Origin: Ardenticatenaceae bacterium
GTDB lineage: Bacteria > Chloroflexota > Anaerolineae > Promineifilales > Promineifilaceae
Assembly (NCBI GenBank): GCA_030065875.1
Contig: JASJCR010000052.1
Location: 2,347-66,346 of the forward strand
Length of the DNA stretch: 64,000 bases
Direction of reading: 5' to 3'
Shown: positions 28,047-36,350 of the stretch, piece by piece
How the letters are laid out: every line of letters starts with the position of its first letter
Position numbering within the stretch: position 1 is the first letter of the stretch
The notes under the pieces: generated by a model
The model's input: only the letters and a program-made list of their open reading frames with translations
What the model was told of the DNA's origin: nothing
Database searches by the model: none
Position numbers and translations under genes: made by a program

Positions 28047-28584
28047 TCCGATCATCATTGTGCCCTACGATGCCCAATGGCCGGACCTTTTTCGGGAATT
28101 GGCCGCGGGCCTGCGCCAGGTTCTGGGCGAGACCGCGCTGCGGATCGATCACATCGGCTCGACCGCCATCCCCGGCTGTGACGCCAAACCGATTATCGAT
28201 GTACAAATTTCCGTGGCCGAGCTTGAGCCTGTGGATCGCTATCAAGCAGCGATCAAGAGCCTGGGATTTTTCTTTCGCCACGACAACCCGGATTTAACCA
28301 AGCGCTACTTCCGCGAAATTCCCGGCCGTCGCCGCACCCATATCCACGTGCGCCGCTGGGGCAGCTGGCCGGAACAGTTTGCCCTCCTTTTTCGAGATTA
28401 CCTGCGCACCCATCCGGAAGAAGTCCAAAAATACGTTCAGGCGAAATATGACCTGGCCCGGAAGTTTCGCCACAACCGGCCGGGCTACGTCGACGGCAAG
28501 GGACCGGTTATCTGGGAGATCATGGTCGAAGCCAGTAAATGGACCCAGGAAACCGGCTGGCAGCCCAGTCCTTCAGATGCCTAG
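28039..28584 (+). CDS. GrpB-family (UPF0157) protein
   Basis: Start taken at MPDPIIIVPYDAQWPDLF. IDHIGSTAIPGCDAKPIIDVQISV is the GrpB signature. Confidence 0.85.
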   Translation: MPDPIIIVPYDAQWPDLFRELAAGLRQVLGETALRIDHIGSTAIPGCDAKPIIDVQISVAELEPVDRYQAAIKSLGFFFRHDNPDLTKRYFREIPGRRRTHIHVRRWGSWPEQFALLFRDYLRTHPEEVQKYVQAKYDLARKFRHNRPGYVDGKGPVIWEIMVEASKWTQETGWQPSPSDA

Positions 28585-29674
28585 AATTATTCCCTCCAAC
28601 AACCCCTTTCTAGACGGCGACAGCAGCATTCGCTCGCTCAACCAGGCGCGCATTATGACCCTGCCGGAAGCGGCCGCCGATCCCGAGATCATTGGCAAAA
28701 CCGGCTATGATCTTTTATCGGCCGAGGCGCTGCAACAGGAAATTACTCATTTTGCGGCCGAGCTTAATCTTCAGGCAGATGCTCCCCATCTGCTGCGTCA
28801 GTTTGACCACTGTCTCCAGATGAAGGAGAAGAGAGCCCTTCAAATCGCGCAAATTTACGGCCGCAAACTCGGGGCGCTGCTGCTCATGCTCAAGCGTGGG
28901 GATCTGGTAAATCGCCAATCTCGGCCGCAGTGGGGTCTGGAACACTGGCGGTTTTGGCAGCAGGTCACAGGCGTCATCATCGGGGGTGGCATGATGGCCG
29001 GCCGGCTGGGTCAGCTTGCCGCTCCAGTAGCGCAGGAGACGCTGAGCCGGCACGCTTTTCCTGATTTCAAAGTCACCCGCTCTCCACATGCAGCACATTT
29101 GCCACTTGTTGGGCTGGCTCGCAAGGCTCCATGCTGTACTAAGGCGATGATCGTGTTTGATTTTGGTCAGACGGCTATCAAGCGAGCCATCGCCCGTTAT
29201 CGAGATGGGGAAGTGGCTGCCCTTCAGCTGCTTACGACGCTGCCAACCGTCTGCCGTGACTTGAGCTTCAAAAAGCGGCCGGTCGATGACGTGAGGCGGC
29301 AGTGGCGGCAGATGCGCGCCGTAATTGAACAGACCTGGCGCGAAGCGGCTGCAGGGCGAGAAAAAATTTCCGACATCCGGATTAGCCTGTCGTGCTATCT
29401 CTTTGATGGGCATCCCTCACCTCGCGATCACGGATGTTATGGCGGACTGCAGGTGTTGGCTCCCAACCTGGATGCCTTTATTCAGGAAGAACTGGATCGT
29501 CGTCTGCCGTACAGGGTAAAAATTCACCTCGTTCACGACGGCACGGCCGCAGCCACGGCACACGCAGGAGAGGTTGGCCGCGTGGTTCTCACTCTGGGCA
29601 CGGCCATCGGGAACGGTTTTCCTCCGCCGGCTGATAGCGTGTGTCCCTTGGCCGACGATTTTCAGATTCTCTAA
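28577..29674 (+). CDS. ASKHA/ROK-like protein with unusual motif order
   Basis: Start taken at the ATG that overlaps the GrpB stop (ATGCCTAG). Motifs occur in the order VIIGGGMMAGRLG, then VFDFGQTAIKRAI, VHDGTAAATAH and LTLGTAIGNGF. The track ORF from 28379 would overlap GrpB by 200 nt. Confidence 0.5.
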   Translation: MPRIIPSNNPFLDGDSSIRSLNQARIMTLPEAAADPEIIGKTGYDLLSAEALQQEITHFAAELNLQADAPHLLRQFDHCLQMKEKRALQIAQIYGRKLGALLLMLKRGDLVNRQSRPQWGLEHWRFWQQVTGVIIGGGMMAGRLGQLAAPVAQETLSRHAFPDFKVTRSPHAAHLPLVGLARKAPCCTKAMIVFDFGQTAIKRAIARYRDGEVAALQLLTTLPTVCRDLSFKKRPVDDVRRQWRQMRAVIEQTWREAAAGREKISDIRISLSCYLFDGHPSPRDHGCYGGLQVLAPNLDAFIQEELDRRLPYRVKIHLVHDGTAAATAHAGEVGRVVLTLGTAIGNGFPPPADSVCPLADDFQIL

Positions 29675-29716
29675 CTAAACTAAATCGACTTCATATTTAT
29701 CACCCACCTTCATTAT

Positions 29717-29869
29717 TTAACCCAAGTTGCGACCTTCTGACGCGACCGAATAGTCGCTATGGAAACCGAAACCGGATTTATCTGGTTAATTAACGCGATT
29801 TATCGCGTTTCGGTCCCTTTGGCCGATGAATTTATTCATCGGGAAGGTTAAGGTAGCAACTTAGGTTAA
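29717..29869. mobile_element. MITE-like element with 14-bp terminal inverted repeats
   Basis: TTAACCCAAGTTGC ... GCAACTTAGGTTAA (13/14 complementary). Internal palindromes are aacgcgatttatcgcgtt and ccgatgaatttattcatcgg. A partial second copy lies at 16091-16154. Confidence 0.6.
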
Positions 29870-29896
29870 TTTAGTAAATTTATTGGGTCAATCCAG

Positions 29897-29934
29897 AACG
29901 TTTTTGATAAAAACGTTTACAATTAAAACGTTTT
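29897..29934. promoter_or_regulatory. Three AACGTT-centred palindromes, candidate MarR operator
   Basis: gAACGTTttt, aaaAACGTTt and aaAACGTTtt lie within 38 nt, ending 17 nt upstream of the MarR start at 29951. Confidence 0.45.
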
Positions 29935-29950
29935 TTGCTAAAATGTTTTA

Positions 29951-30478
29951 ATGAGAAGATCCGAACCCACAAAACAACCCGCCAATCAGCCGGAGATAGT
30001 TAAAGCCAACCCTGATGAGGTGGCCTTCGAGCTTGAGTGGCACCCTCTACATGAAGCGCTTAACAAGTGGACAGGCTTTATGCTTTTCCACGTCACCGAG
30101 CTGGCCGGCCAAATGTATGCCCAGGCGATGGCTTCCATCCGTTTATTGCCGCAGCAGGTTGGCGTTTTGCAGCTTCTTGAAAGTGAAGGACCCATGGTGC
30201 AGGCTCGCTTAAGCGATTATCTTTCGGCGGACAAGGCCAAGATGGTCAGTTTGCTAAATGACCTGGAATCCCAGGGTTTGGTAGCACGTAGGCCCAATCC
30301 TCATGATAAGCGCTCTTACCTCGTGCATTTGCTTGATTCTGGGCGCGATCGCCTGAGGGAAGCGGCGAAGGTCAATGATCTGGTCAATGAGCAGTTTTTT
30401 GCCGATTTATCCCAGGATGAACGGGCAACCCTGCACCAGATCCTGGTGCGTTTGGCATCCAGCAACCGCTTCACGTGA
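29951..30478 (+). CDS. MarR-family transcriptional regulator
   Basis: 175-aa ORF with VQARLSDYLSADKAKMVSLLNDLESQGLVARRPNPHDKRSYLVHLLDSG. Confidence 0.85.
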   Translation: MRRSEPTKQPANQPEIVKANPDEVAFELEWHPLHEALNKWTGFMLFHVTELAGQMYAQAMASIRLLPQQVGVLQLLESEGPMVQARLSDYLSADKAKMVSLLNDLESQGLVARRPNPHDKRSYLVHLLDSGRDRLREAAKVNDLVNEQFFADLSQDERATLHQILVRLASSNRFT

Positions 30479-30488
30479 ATTCATTGTC

Positions 30489-30547
30489 CGGCCTTCGACA
30501 GACGCAAGCCTCGATCGCAGCGGTGGCTGAGCTTGTCAAAGCCATTC
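30489..30547. repeat. GGTGGCTGAGCTTGTC-family REP-like element, copy A
   Basis: cggccttcgacagacgcaagcctcgatcgcagcggtggctgagcttgtcaaagccat. The arms gccttcgaca and cttgtcaaagcc are roughly complementary. Confidence 0.65.
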
Positions 30548-30606
30548 GGTAAACATTAATTCTGGGGCAATGCAATAAAGTGGATCACAATAAATTTTAT
30601 AAAAAA

Positions 30607-30698
30607 TATCCGCAGATTACGCAGATGGCCGCAGATTACAGGGAAAATCTGCGGCCATCTGTGGACAATTATTTTGAAAAGATTTTGTAAACCACTGA
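30607..30698. repeat. AATCTGCG-family dispersed element, copy 2 (composite)
   Basis: The left part, atccgcagattacgcagat, is the reverse complement of copy 1. A perfect 13-bp-stem hairpin, GATGGCCGCAGAT/ATCTGCGGCCATC, lies at 30624-30659. The right end is ttgtaaaccactgaa. Confidence 0.75.
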
Positions 30699-30721
30699 AT
30701 TTATAAAGGTAATAAAAAATA

Positions 30722-31207
30722 ATGATCAATCAACCGGTTCCACAAAACAAAGTTACAACGGCCGCAGGGTTTGCCGCTGGCATGCTGGCCATCGGCATGG
30801 GGGTGTCATTCCTGGCCATGACCTTTTTACCTATAGATGTATTCACCCCGCAAAATGTGCCCGAGTTCGCGTCCTTTGGCTGGATATTTTGGGCCGTCTG
30901 GATTGTGATTTATCCCAGCCTTGGGGTGGCCACTTATCTGATCTGGAAGCGGCGGCATGTTGAAGATGTCACCCTGCCCCTCCTGCTCTTTGGGGTGTCG
31001 CTTATTCAGGGTTTTACATTTTGGCTGTCTGATACAGTGCGGATGACTACGGTGATTGATGGGACCGGCCTGCTTTTTTCATATACCCTTGCTTTTGTAT
31101 ATTATCGCCATTCAAAATCGGCCGCGCTGTGGCTTCTTCCTCTACTGATATGGATGCCCATCACGCTAATCCTTAAAATCTGGTTATGGGTAACCCAAGG
31201 GGGGTAG
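30722..31207 (+). CDS. TspO/MBR-like tryptophan-rich membrane protein
   Basis: 161-aa five-TM ORF with FGWIFWAVWIVIYPSLGVATYLIWKRR and LLPLLIWMPITLILKIWLW, which resemble TspO motifs. Confidence 0.5.
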   Translation: MINQPVPQNKVTTAAGFAAGMLAIGMGVSFLAMTFLPIDVFTPQNVPEFASFGWIFWAVWIVIYPSLGVATYLIWKRRHVEDVTLPLLLFGVSLIQGFTFWLSDTVRMTTVIDGTGLLFSYTLAFVYYRHSKSAALWLLPLLIWMPITLILKIWLWVTQGG

Positions 31208-31211
31208 GGCA

Positions 31212-31303
31212 GAAAAGTTAAAAAGTAGAAAGTTAAAAGTAAAAAGTATGGCTCTTCAGTAGGGGACGCCCTTCCTCTTCCTTTAAACTTTGTACTTTTT
31301 ACT
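31212..31303. repeat. Heptanucleotide array (AAAAGTN) with an inverted partner
   Basis: gaaaagt taaaaag tagaaag ttaaaag taaaaag ta ... followed by the complementary aaactttgtactttttact. Confidence 0.6.
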
Positions 31304-31392
31304 GAGCACTGTTTTGTGTTCTACTTGATGATTTAACAAAGCCTGATACGCTGTAGGTCCGCCGCACGCTGCGGCCGAAAATAGGGAAAGAC

Positions 31393-32328
31393 ATGCAGAG
31401 TTTCAGAAGCCGATTGTTTATCTTTTTGCTCTCTCACCGCCACTGGTTTCGTCTGCAGTGGCAGCGAGAAAAAATCGATTGGGACACCTCAATCGAGGCG
31501 CTGCGCGAGCGAGTTGAAAAATCCTCCGGTATGTTCGGCCGCCTGCCGTCTGAGATCGAAATCCATCCGGCCCCTATTGACAATCCAACCGCTGAGTTTG
31601 TGAAAATCAACGATCGGAATCAGGACGGACTTATTCTGTATTTCCACGGCGGAGGATATGTGATGGGTTCCGGCCGTGCCCATCGAAGCATTGTGTCAAA
31701 ATTTGTCCAGGGAAGCCGGATCAACGCCCTGACATTTGATTATCGTCTAGCTCCGGAACACCCGTTCCCGGCCGCGCTTGACGACGCCACCCGCGTTTAT
31801 CGCTGGCTTCTCGGCCAGGGGCTAGATCCTTATCGGATCATCTTTGCCGGAGATTCGGCCGGCGGCGGACTGTGTCTGGCCGCGCTGCTGGCCATCAAGG
31901 AGCAAAACCTGCCGCAGCCGGCCGCGGCTGTCGCCCTCTCGCCGTGGACCGATCTGGCCTGCACCGGAGATTCCTACCGGCTGATAGATCCATTGGTCCC
32001 GGAGGGATCGTGGCAGGTGTACAGTCATTATTACGCTGGAGACCAGGATAAAACCCACCCGCTAATCTCCCCCCTGTACGGCGACCTGGCCGGGCTGCCC
32101 CCTCTTTTTATCTCCGCAGGTCAAAATGAAAACATGCTTGATGACTCGACCCGCTTTGCCGAGAAGGCGCGGGAAGCCGGTGTTGAGGTCACTTTGCAGG
32201 TGGGTGAAGGGATGGTCCACTGCTATCCGGCCCTTTCTCCCTTTTTTGTCGAGGCCAAAGAAGCGATGGCTGAAATTTGTGAGTTTATCCGATCGCATAT
32301 CGATAGACCTTTGCCGGGGGTGTTCTAA
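31393..32328 (+). CDS. Alpha/beta hydrolase, hormone-sensitive-lipase-type esterase
   Basis: 311-aa ORF with the oxyanion motif FHGGGYVMGS and the nucleophile motif GDSAGG. Confidence 0.88.
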   Translation: MQSFRSRLFIFLLSHRHWFRLQWQREKIDWDTSIEALRERVEKSSGMFGRLPSEIEIHPAPIDNPTAEFVKINDRNQDGLILYFHGGGYVMGSGRAHRSIVSKFVQGSRINALTFDYRLAPEHPFPAALDDATRVYRWLLGQGLDPYRIIFAGDSAGGGLCLAALLAIKEQNLPQPAAAVALSPWTDLACTGDSYRLIDPLVPEGSWQVYSHYYAGDQDKTHPLISPLYGDLAGLPPLFISAGQNENMLDDSTRFAEKAREAGVEVTLQVGEGMVHCYPALSPFFVEAKEAMAEICEFIRSHIDRPLPGVF

Positions 32329-32449
32329 ATCGCGAATCGTTATAGTTAAGCTCGATTCAAGGGTGGAAAGGTTTGAGTTTCTGATCAAGCAGAGAGTGGT
32401 GGATCATCCTTGCGCCGTCAGGCCGGAGCATGCTGTGTGACATAAATTC

Positions 32450-32482
32450 AGATTGGACCAATCTCCAAGATTGGTCCAATCT
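32450..32482. promoter_or_regulatory. Two adjacent 15-nt near-palindromes (orphan operator-like site)
   Basis: AGATTGGACCAATCT-cca-AGATTGGTCCAATCT. The two 15-mers are exact reverse complements of each other. Confidence 0.4.
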
Positions 32483-32948
32483 ATGAGTACTTTGACCGTT
32501 TAAGAACAGAATTTTAATCTGTCGGCCCTTGGCCCCCTTCTGGGAGGAATTCCCCCCAATTTCCACCTGTTTTATGTTATCCTATAAGATCACCACGGTA
32601 ACTTTTTTTGGCGTAGAAATTGCCGTGTGGATGACATATTTCAACAAACGAGGTTTGACGATTTAGCCGTAAAGAATTAATTGTCGCTGCTTGTTTGCCG
32701 GAATATCGATTCAGCTGGCGTTAAATCAATTACGGTGCTAATAACGCTGTGATTACTCTGCTTTTTCTCAGCGATTTTGTTTAGCTTTGCAGTGAATTTG
32801 GCAAGATCAAGAAATTCCAACCGGGTCAAATAGAGAATTGAGGCAGCTGCTTTTAAGCAAAGAGGACCGGCCGCGCACCGTTCATCTGGGAGAGCCAGGA
32901 AACCCCATGACAACCTGCTCAGATTTCACAATCTGAAAAGGAGTCCCG

Positions 32949-34247
32949 ATGTCAAAAAACAGAATATTTTCCGCCTTTTTGCTCCTCGCGCTCGTGATGT
33001 GGATTAGCAGCTTGGGGCTCTCTCCAACTGTCAAGGCCGTCGCTCCCTCCGAGAAGGGTGATATTGCACAACTCAATGTTCCGCTGGCCCCGCCCATGGA
33101 CAATTTTTTGGATATTTGGGTTGGTGATGGGGTGGACAACCTGGCCTCGGCCGTGGCCTACAACAGCCGGCACGATGAATTTCTGGTGGTATGGGAAAAC
33201 GACCGCGGGGCTACGCGTGACATTTACGCTCGACGTGTGGCCAGCAGTGGGGATATCTTAAGCTGGTTTACCATTGTTTCAAATGCCGGTCGCTGGAATT
33301 ACCTGCCAGACGTTTCTTACAATCCCATCCAGGACGAGTATCTGGTTGTTTACACTTACCAGGTCACGGCAAGCGATTATGATATCTGGGCCCGACGGGT
33401 CAAATGGGACGGGAGCTGGATGAGTCCCGAAATTCCGATCAACCAGGATCCTGCTAAACAATGGTATCCGGCCGTAGCCTACAACAGCCGGGATAACGAA
33501 TACCTCGTGGTTTATGAGAATTACTGGGCGGGCGGTTTGCGCGATATTGCCGCCCAGCGGGTGGCCGGTAACGGCAGTTTACTCAGCTGGCGCAACATCG
33601 CTACCGGGCCAGGAACGACGCGCCGCCTGCCGGACGCGGCATACAACGAGGTTCGCAACGAGTATCTGATTGCATACACATATGATTTCCCCACCAATGG
33701 CGACATTCGCGGCAAAATCACGTCGTTCAACCTGGGTCTGCTCGGTGCCGAAATCGACATCGTAAACAACACCAATCATCAGGATGATGTTGCCCTGACG
33801 GCCGGCCCTAATGAATACCTGGCGATCTGGGAAGATGGGCCGATGCTCTCCGACAGAACTATTTACGGCCGCCGCCTGACCGCCACCGGCGTATTGCAGT
33901 CGTATATTCAGATCGCCGCTCATACAGGAGAATCATGTGTGGAACCGGCTGTCGCCTACAGCGACGTTTACGGCTACATGATCAGCTGGCGGCACATTTC
34001 AGCCATGGGGGATTGGGACGTGTTCGGCCGCCAGATTAAGGCCGGTCACAACCTACCCGCGGACGTTGAATTTCCCATCGACATCGGATCTGATCAGCAA
34101 AAATCACCGGTCCTGGCCTGCTCGCCTCTCGGGTTCTGCCTCCTAGTTGAAGAGGACAACTATTCACCGGCCGGACCGATTGACTATGAAATTCGCGGCC
34201 GGTTAATCCAACCCAACCAGCTGCACCTGCCGATGGTCCGGAAGTGA
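32949..34247 (+). CDS. Secreted protein with seven ~50-aa repeats (propeller-like), unknown family
   Basis: 432-aa ORF with a signal peptide. The repeat core recurs seven times: AVAYNSRHDEFLVVWEND, DVSYNPIQDEYLVVYTYQ, AVAYNSRDNEYLVVYENY, DAAYNEVRNEYLIAYTYD, LTAGPNEYLAIWEDG, AVAYSDVYGYMISWRH and LACSPLGFCLLVEED. It ends in LHLPMVRK. Confidence 0.75.
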   Translation: MSKNRIFSAFLLLALVMWISSLGLSPTVKAVAPSEKGDIAQLNVPLAPPMDNFLDIWVGDGVDNLASAVAYNSRHDEFLVVWENDRGATRDIYARRVASSGDILSWFTIVSNAGRWNYLPDVSYNPIQDEYLVVYTYQVTASDYDIWARRVKWDGSWMSPEIPINQDPAKQWYPAVAYNSRDNEYLVVYENYWAGGLRDIAAQRVAGNGSLLSWRNIATGPGTTRRLPDAAYNEVRNEYLIAYTYDFPTNGDIRGKITSFNLGLLGAEIDIVNNTNHQDDVALTAGPNEYLAIWEDGPMLSDRTIYGRRLTATGVLQSYIQIAAHTGESCVEPAVAYSDVYGYMISWRHISAMGDWDVFGRQIKAGHNLPADVEFPIDIGSDQQKSPVLACSPLGFCLLVEEDNYSPAGPIDYEIRGRLIQPNQLHLPMVRK

Positions 34248-34253
34248 CACATT

Positions 34254-34310
34254 CGCCTTCGATAGGCTCAGGCTCCAGTATTGGCGGTGGCTGAGCTTGT
34301 CGAAGCCATG
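34254..34310. repeat. GGTGGCTGAGCTTGTC-family REP-like element, copy B
   Basis: cgccttcgataggctcaggctccagtattggcggtggctgagcttgtcgaagccatg. Confidence 0.65.
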
Positions 34311-34358
34311 AGCCTCTTGTTTTGAATCATTTAAAAATAAGGCGTTGCAGGCAAACTG

Positions 34359-36335
34359 ATGTCATTAACAAAATCTTACCGGCCGCAGATTGATCGACAA
34401 CCGTCGGCGATCACGATTGGGATTGTGGCTTTTTGTGCGGCGCTGCTGGTGACCCTGCTGCTGCCACAAATGATGGGGAGGGCGTCACGGGCGATCCACG
34501 CCACGCCATTTGAGGGCGCGGCGCTCGATAACCGCAGCGGTATGATCGTCTTGAGTGATGACGGCCGCTATCTGGTCGTCGTCAATCCCGATTCCAACAC
34601 CCTTTCCATTGTAGATCCGGCCGCCCGGCAGCTGCTGGCCGAAATTCCCGTGGGGGTCGACCCGCGCAGCGCAGCCATCACCCGTGATGGCGCAACCGCT
34701 TACGCTGCCAATCAGGGGTCGGACGACATTTCGGTCATCGATGTGGAGAACAGACAACTGCTGGCGACTGTGCCTGTGGGGGACCGGCCGGTCAACGTGA
34801 CCCTCACTCCGGACGGCCGCTACCTGGCCGTAGCGGAACTGGGTGACGACACCGTACGCTTTCTTGATACGTCTACTCTGGCCACCCTGTCCGTTCAGAC
34901 CGTGCCCGACCGGCCGCACGGCCTGAGCTTCACCCCGGACGGTCGCTCGCTGCTTGTGACCCATTTGCTCAGCGGAAGCGTGACCGTTTTGCCGGCCCGC
35001 CCTTATGCTCAATTTCTGCCGCTTGTTGGCCAACAGGGAGCTGTTTTCAGCACGGCGAAACCCTTAAATCAGTCTTCAGGTGCAGCACAAAGCGACCGGC
35101 AAACGATTGCCACCTGGCCTAACGTCGCTCCCGCCCCGGCCGTCGTTATCAACGCGGCCGGCACCCGCGCCTACCTGCCCCAAACGATGGCCAACGGGCT
35201 GGGGCTCAACGTCCAGTTTGACACCACCGTCTTCCCCAAAGTGTCGGTGCTCAATTTGCAGACCGGCACCCATGAGACAAGCGAGCACATCCCCCTGCCG
35301 GAAACCGATCAGCCGGTTGGTCTGCCGTGGGATGTGGCTTTGACTAAAAATGACGCCGAATTATGGGTGGTCAATGCCGCCAGCAATGACGTTTCGATTA
35401 TCAATCTTTCCAATCCGGCTCAGCCGGTCCGAACCGCTCATATTCAGGCCAGAGATAATCCACGGGGGATCGCTTTCAGCCCGGACGGTCAGACCGCCTA
35501 CATCAACAACGTGCTGGCCGGGATTGTCAGCGTGATCGACACCAGCACGTACACGGTCACAACCGAAATTCCCGTGACGACGATCCCTCTGCCGCCGCTG
35601 CTGCTGACCGGCAAGCGGCTGTTCCACAGCAGCGCCACCCCCGAACTGGCCCAGGCGCGCTGGGTTGCCTGCAATACCTGCCATGTCGAAGGGGAGCACG
35701 ACGGCCGGACGTGGCAGCTGCAGTTCACCGGCAGCCCGTCAGCTGTGGCCGGCATTCCCACAATCAGGCGCAATACCACTAGCCTGCTGGGCATGATTGA
35801 AACTTATCCCCTGCGCTGGTCGGCCGAATGGGATGAATCGGCCGACAGCGAGTTTAGCATTCGCTTTGAGCAGTTTGGCGACGGTCTTATCAACGGCGAG
35901 ATGCACCCGACCCTTGGTTTGCCCAACCAGGGGCGCTCCCTCGAATTAGACAGCCTGGCCGCGTATATCGACAGCTTGGCTGTCCCGCAGCGCAGCCACA
36001 CGCTGACTGCAGCCGAGCTGCGGGGCAAAGTACTGTTTGAATCGGCTCAAACCGGCTGCGCCGTCTGTCATCCCCCACCGCTTTACACCAACCTGAGCCA
36101 ATACGACGTGGGCACGGCCGATGGTCCGGGTGAATGGTTTGGCCCGCTGATCGACACCCCTACGCTGCGCTTCTTGTATGACAGCGCTCCCTATTTGCAC
36201 GACGGCAGCGCAGCCACGCTGCATGATGTATTGACGGTCGCCAATCCCCAGGACGAGCACGGGGTGACTTCCCATCTCACGGAAGTGGAATTGGCCGACC
36301 TGGCCGCATTTTTACGGGCGCTGCCTCATGAATGA
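34359..36335 (+). CDS. YVTN-type beta-propeller fused to a di-haem cytochrome c peroxidase (CCP/MauG-like) domain
   Basis: 658-aa ORF with an N-terminal TM anchor. It has repeated D..S..(L/I)SV(I/V)D blades (NTLSIVDPA, DDISVIDVE, NDVSIINLS, GIVSVIDTS), two CxxCH motifs (CNTCH, CAVCH) and a CCP-like PYLHDGSAATLHDV. Confidence 0.85.
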   Translation: MSLTKSYRPQIDRQPSAITIGIVAFCAALLVTLLLPQMMGRASRAIHATPFEGAALDNRSGMIVLSDDGRYLVVVNPDSNTLSIVDPAARQLLAEIPVGVDPRSAAITRDGATAYAANQGSDDISVIDVENRQLLATVPVGDRPVNVTLTPDGRYLAVAELGDDTVRFLDTSTLATLSVQTVPDRPHGLSFTPDGRSLLVTHLLSGSVTVLPARPYAQFLPLVGQQGAVFSTAKPLNQSSGAAQSDRQTIATWPNVAPAPAVVINAAGTRAYLPQTMANGLGLNVQFDTTVFPKVSVLNLQTGTHETSEHIPLPETDQPVGLPWDVALTKNDAELWVVNAASNDVSIINLSNPAQPVRTAHIQARDNPRGIAFSPDGQTAYINNVLAGIVSVIDTSTYTVTTEIPVTTIPLPPLLLTGKRLFHSSATPELAQARWVACNTCHVEGEHDGRTWQLQFTGSPSAVAGIPTIRRNTTSLLGMIETYPLRWSAEWDESADSEFSIRFEQFGDGLINGEMHPTLGLPNQGRSLELDSLAAYIDSLAVPQRSHTLTAAELRGKVLFESAQTGCAVCHPPPLYTNLSQYDVGTADGPGEWFGPLIDTPTLRFLYDSAPYLHDGSAATLHDVLTVANPQDEHGVTSHLTEVELADLAAFLRALPHE

Positions 36336-36350
36336 GTAACGGAGATCCTC

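Noticed and set aside
28379-28576. Upstream extension of the ASKHA-like ORF (431 aa in the track).
   Set aside because: It would overlap the well-supported GrpB gene by about 200 nt in another frame. The ATG at 28577 gives a standard 8-nt coupling overlap.
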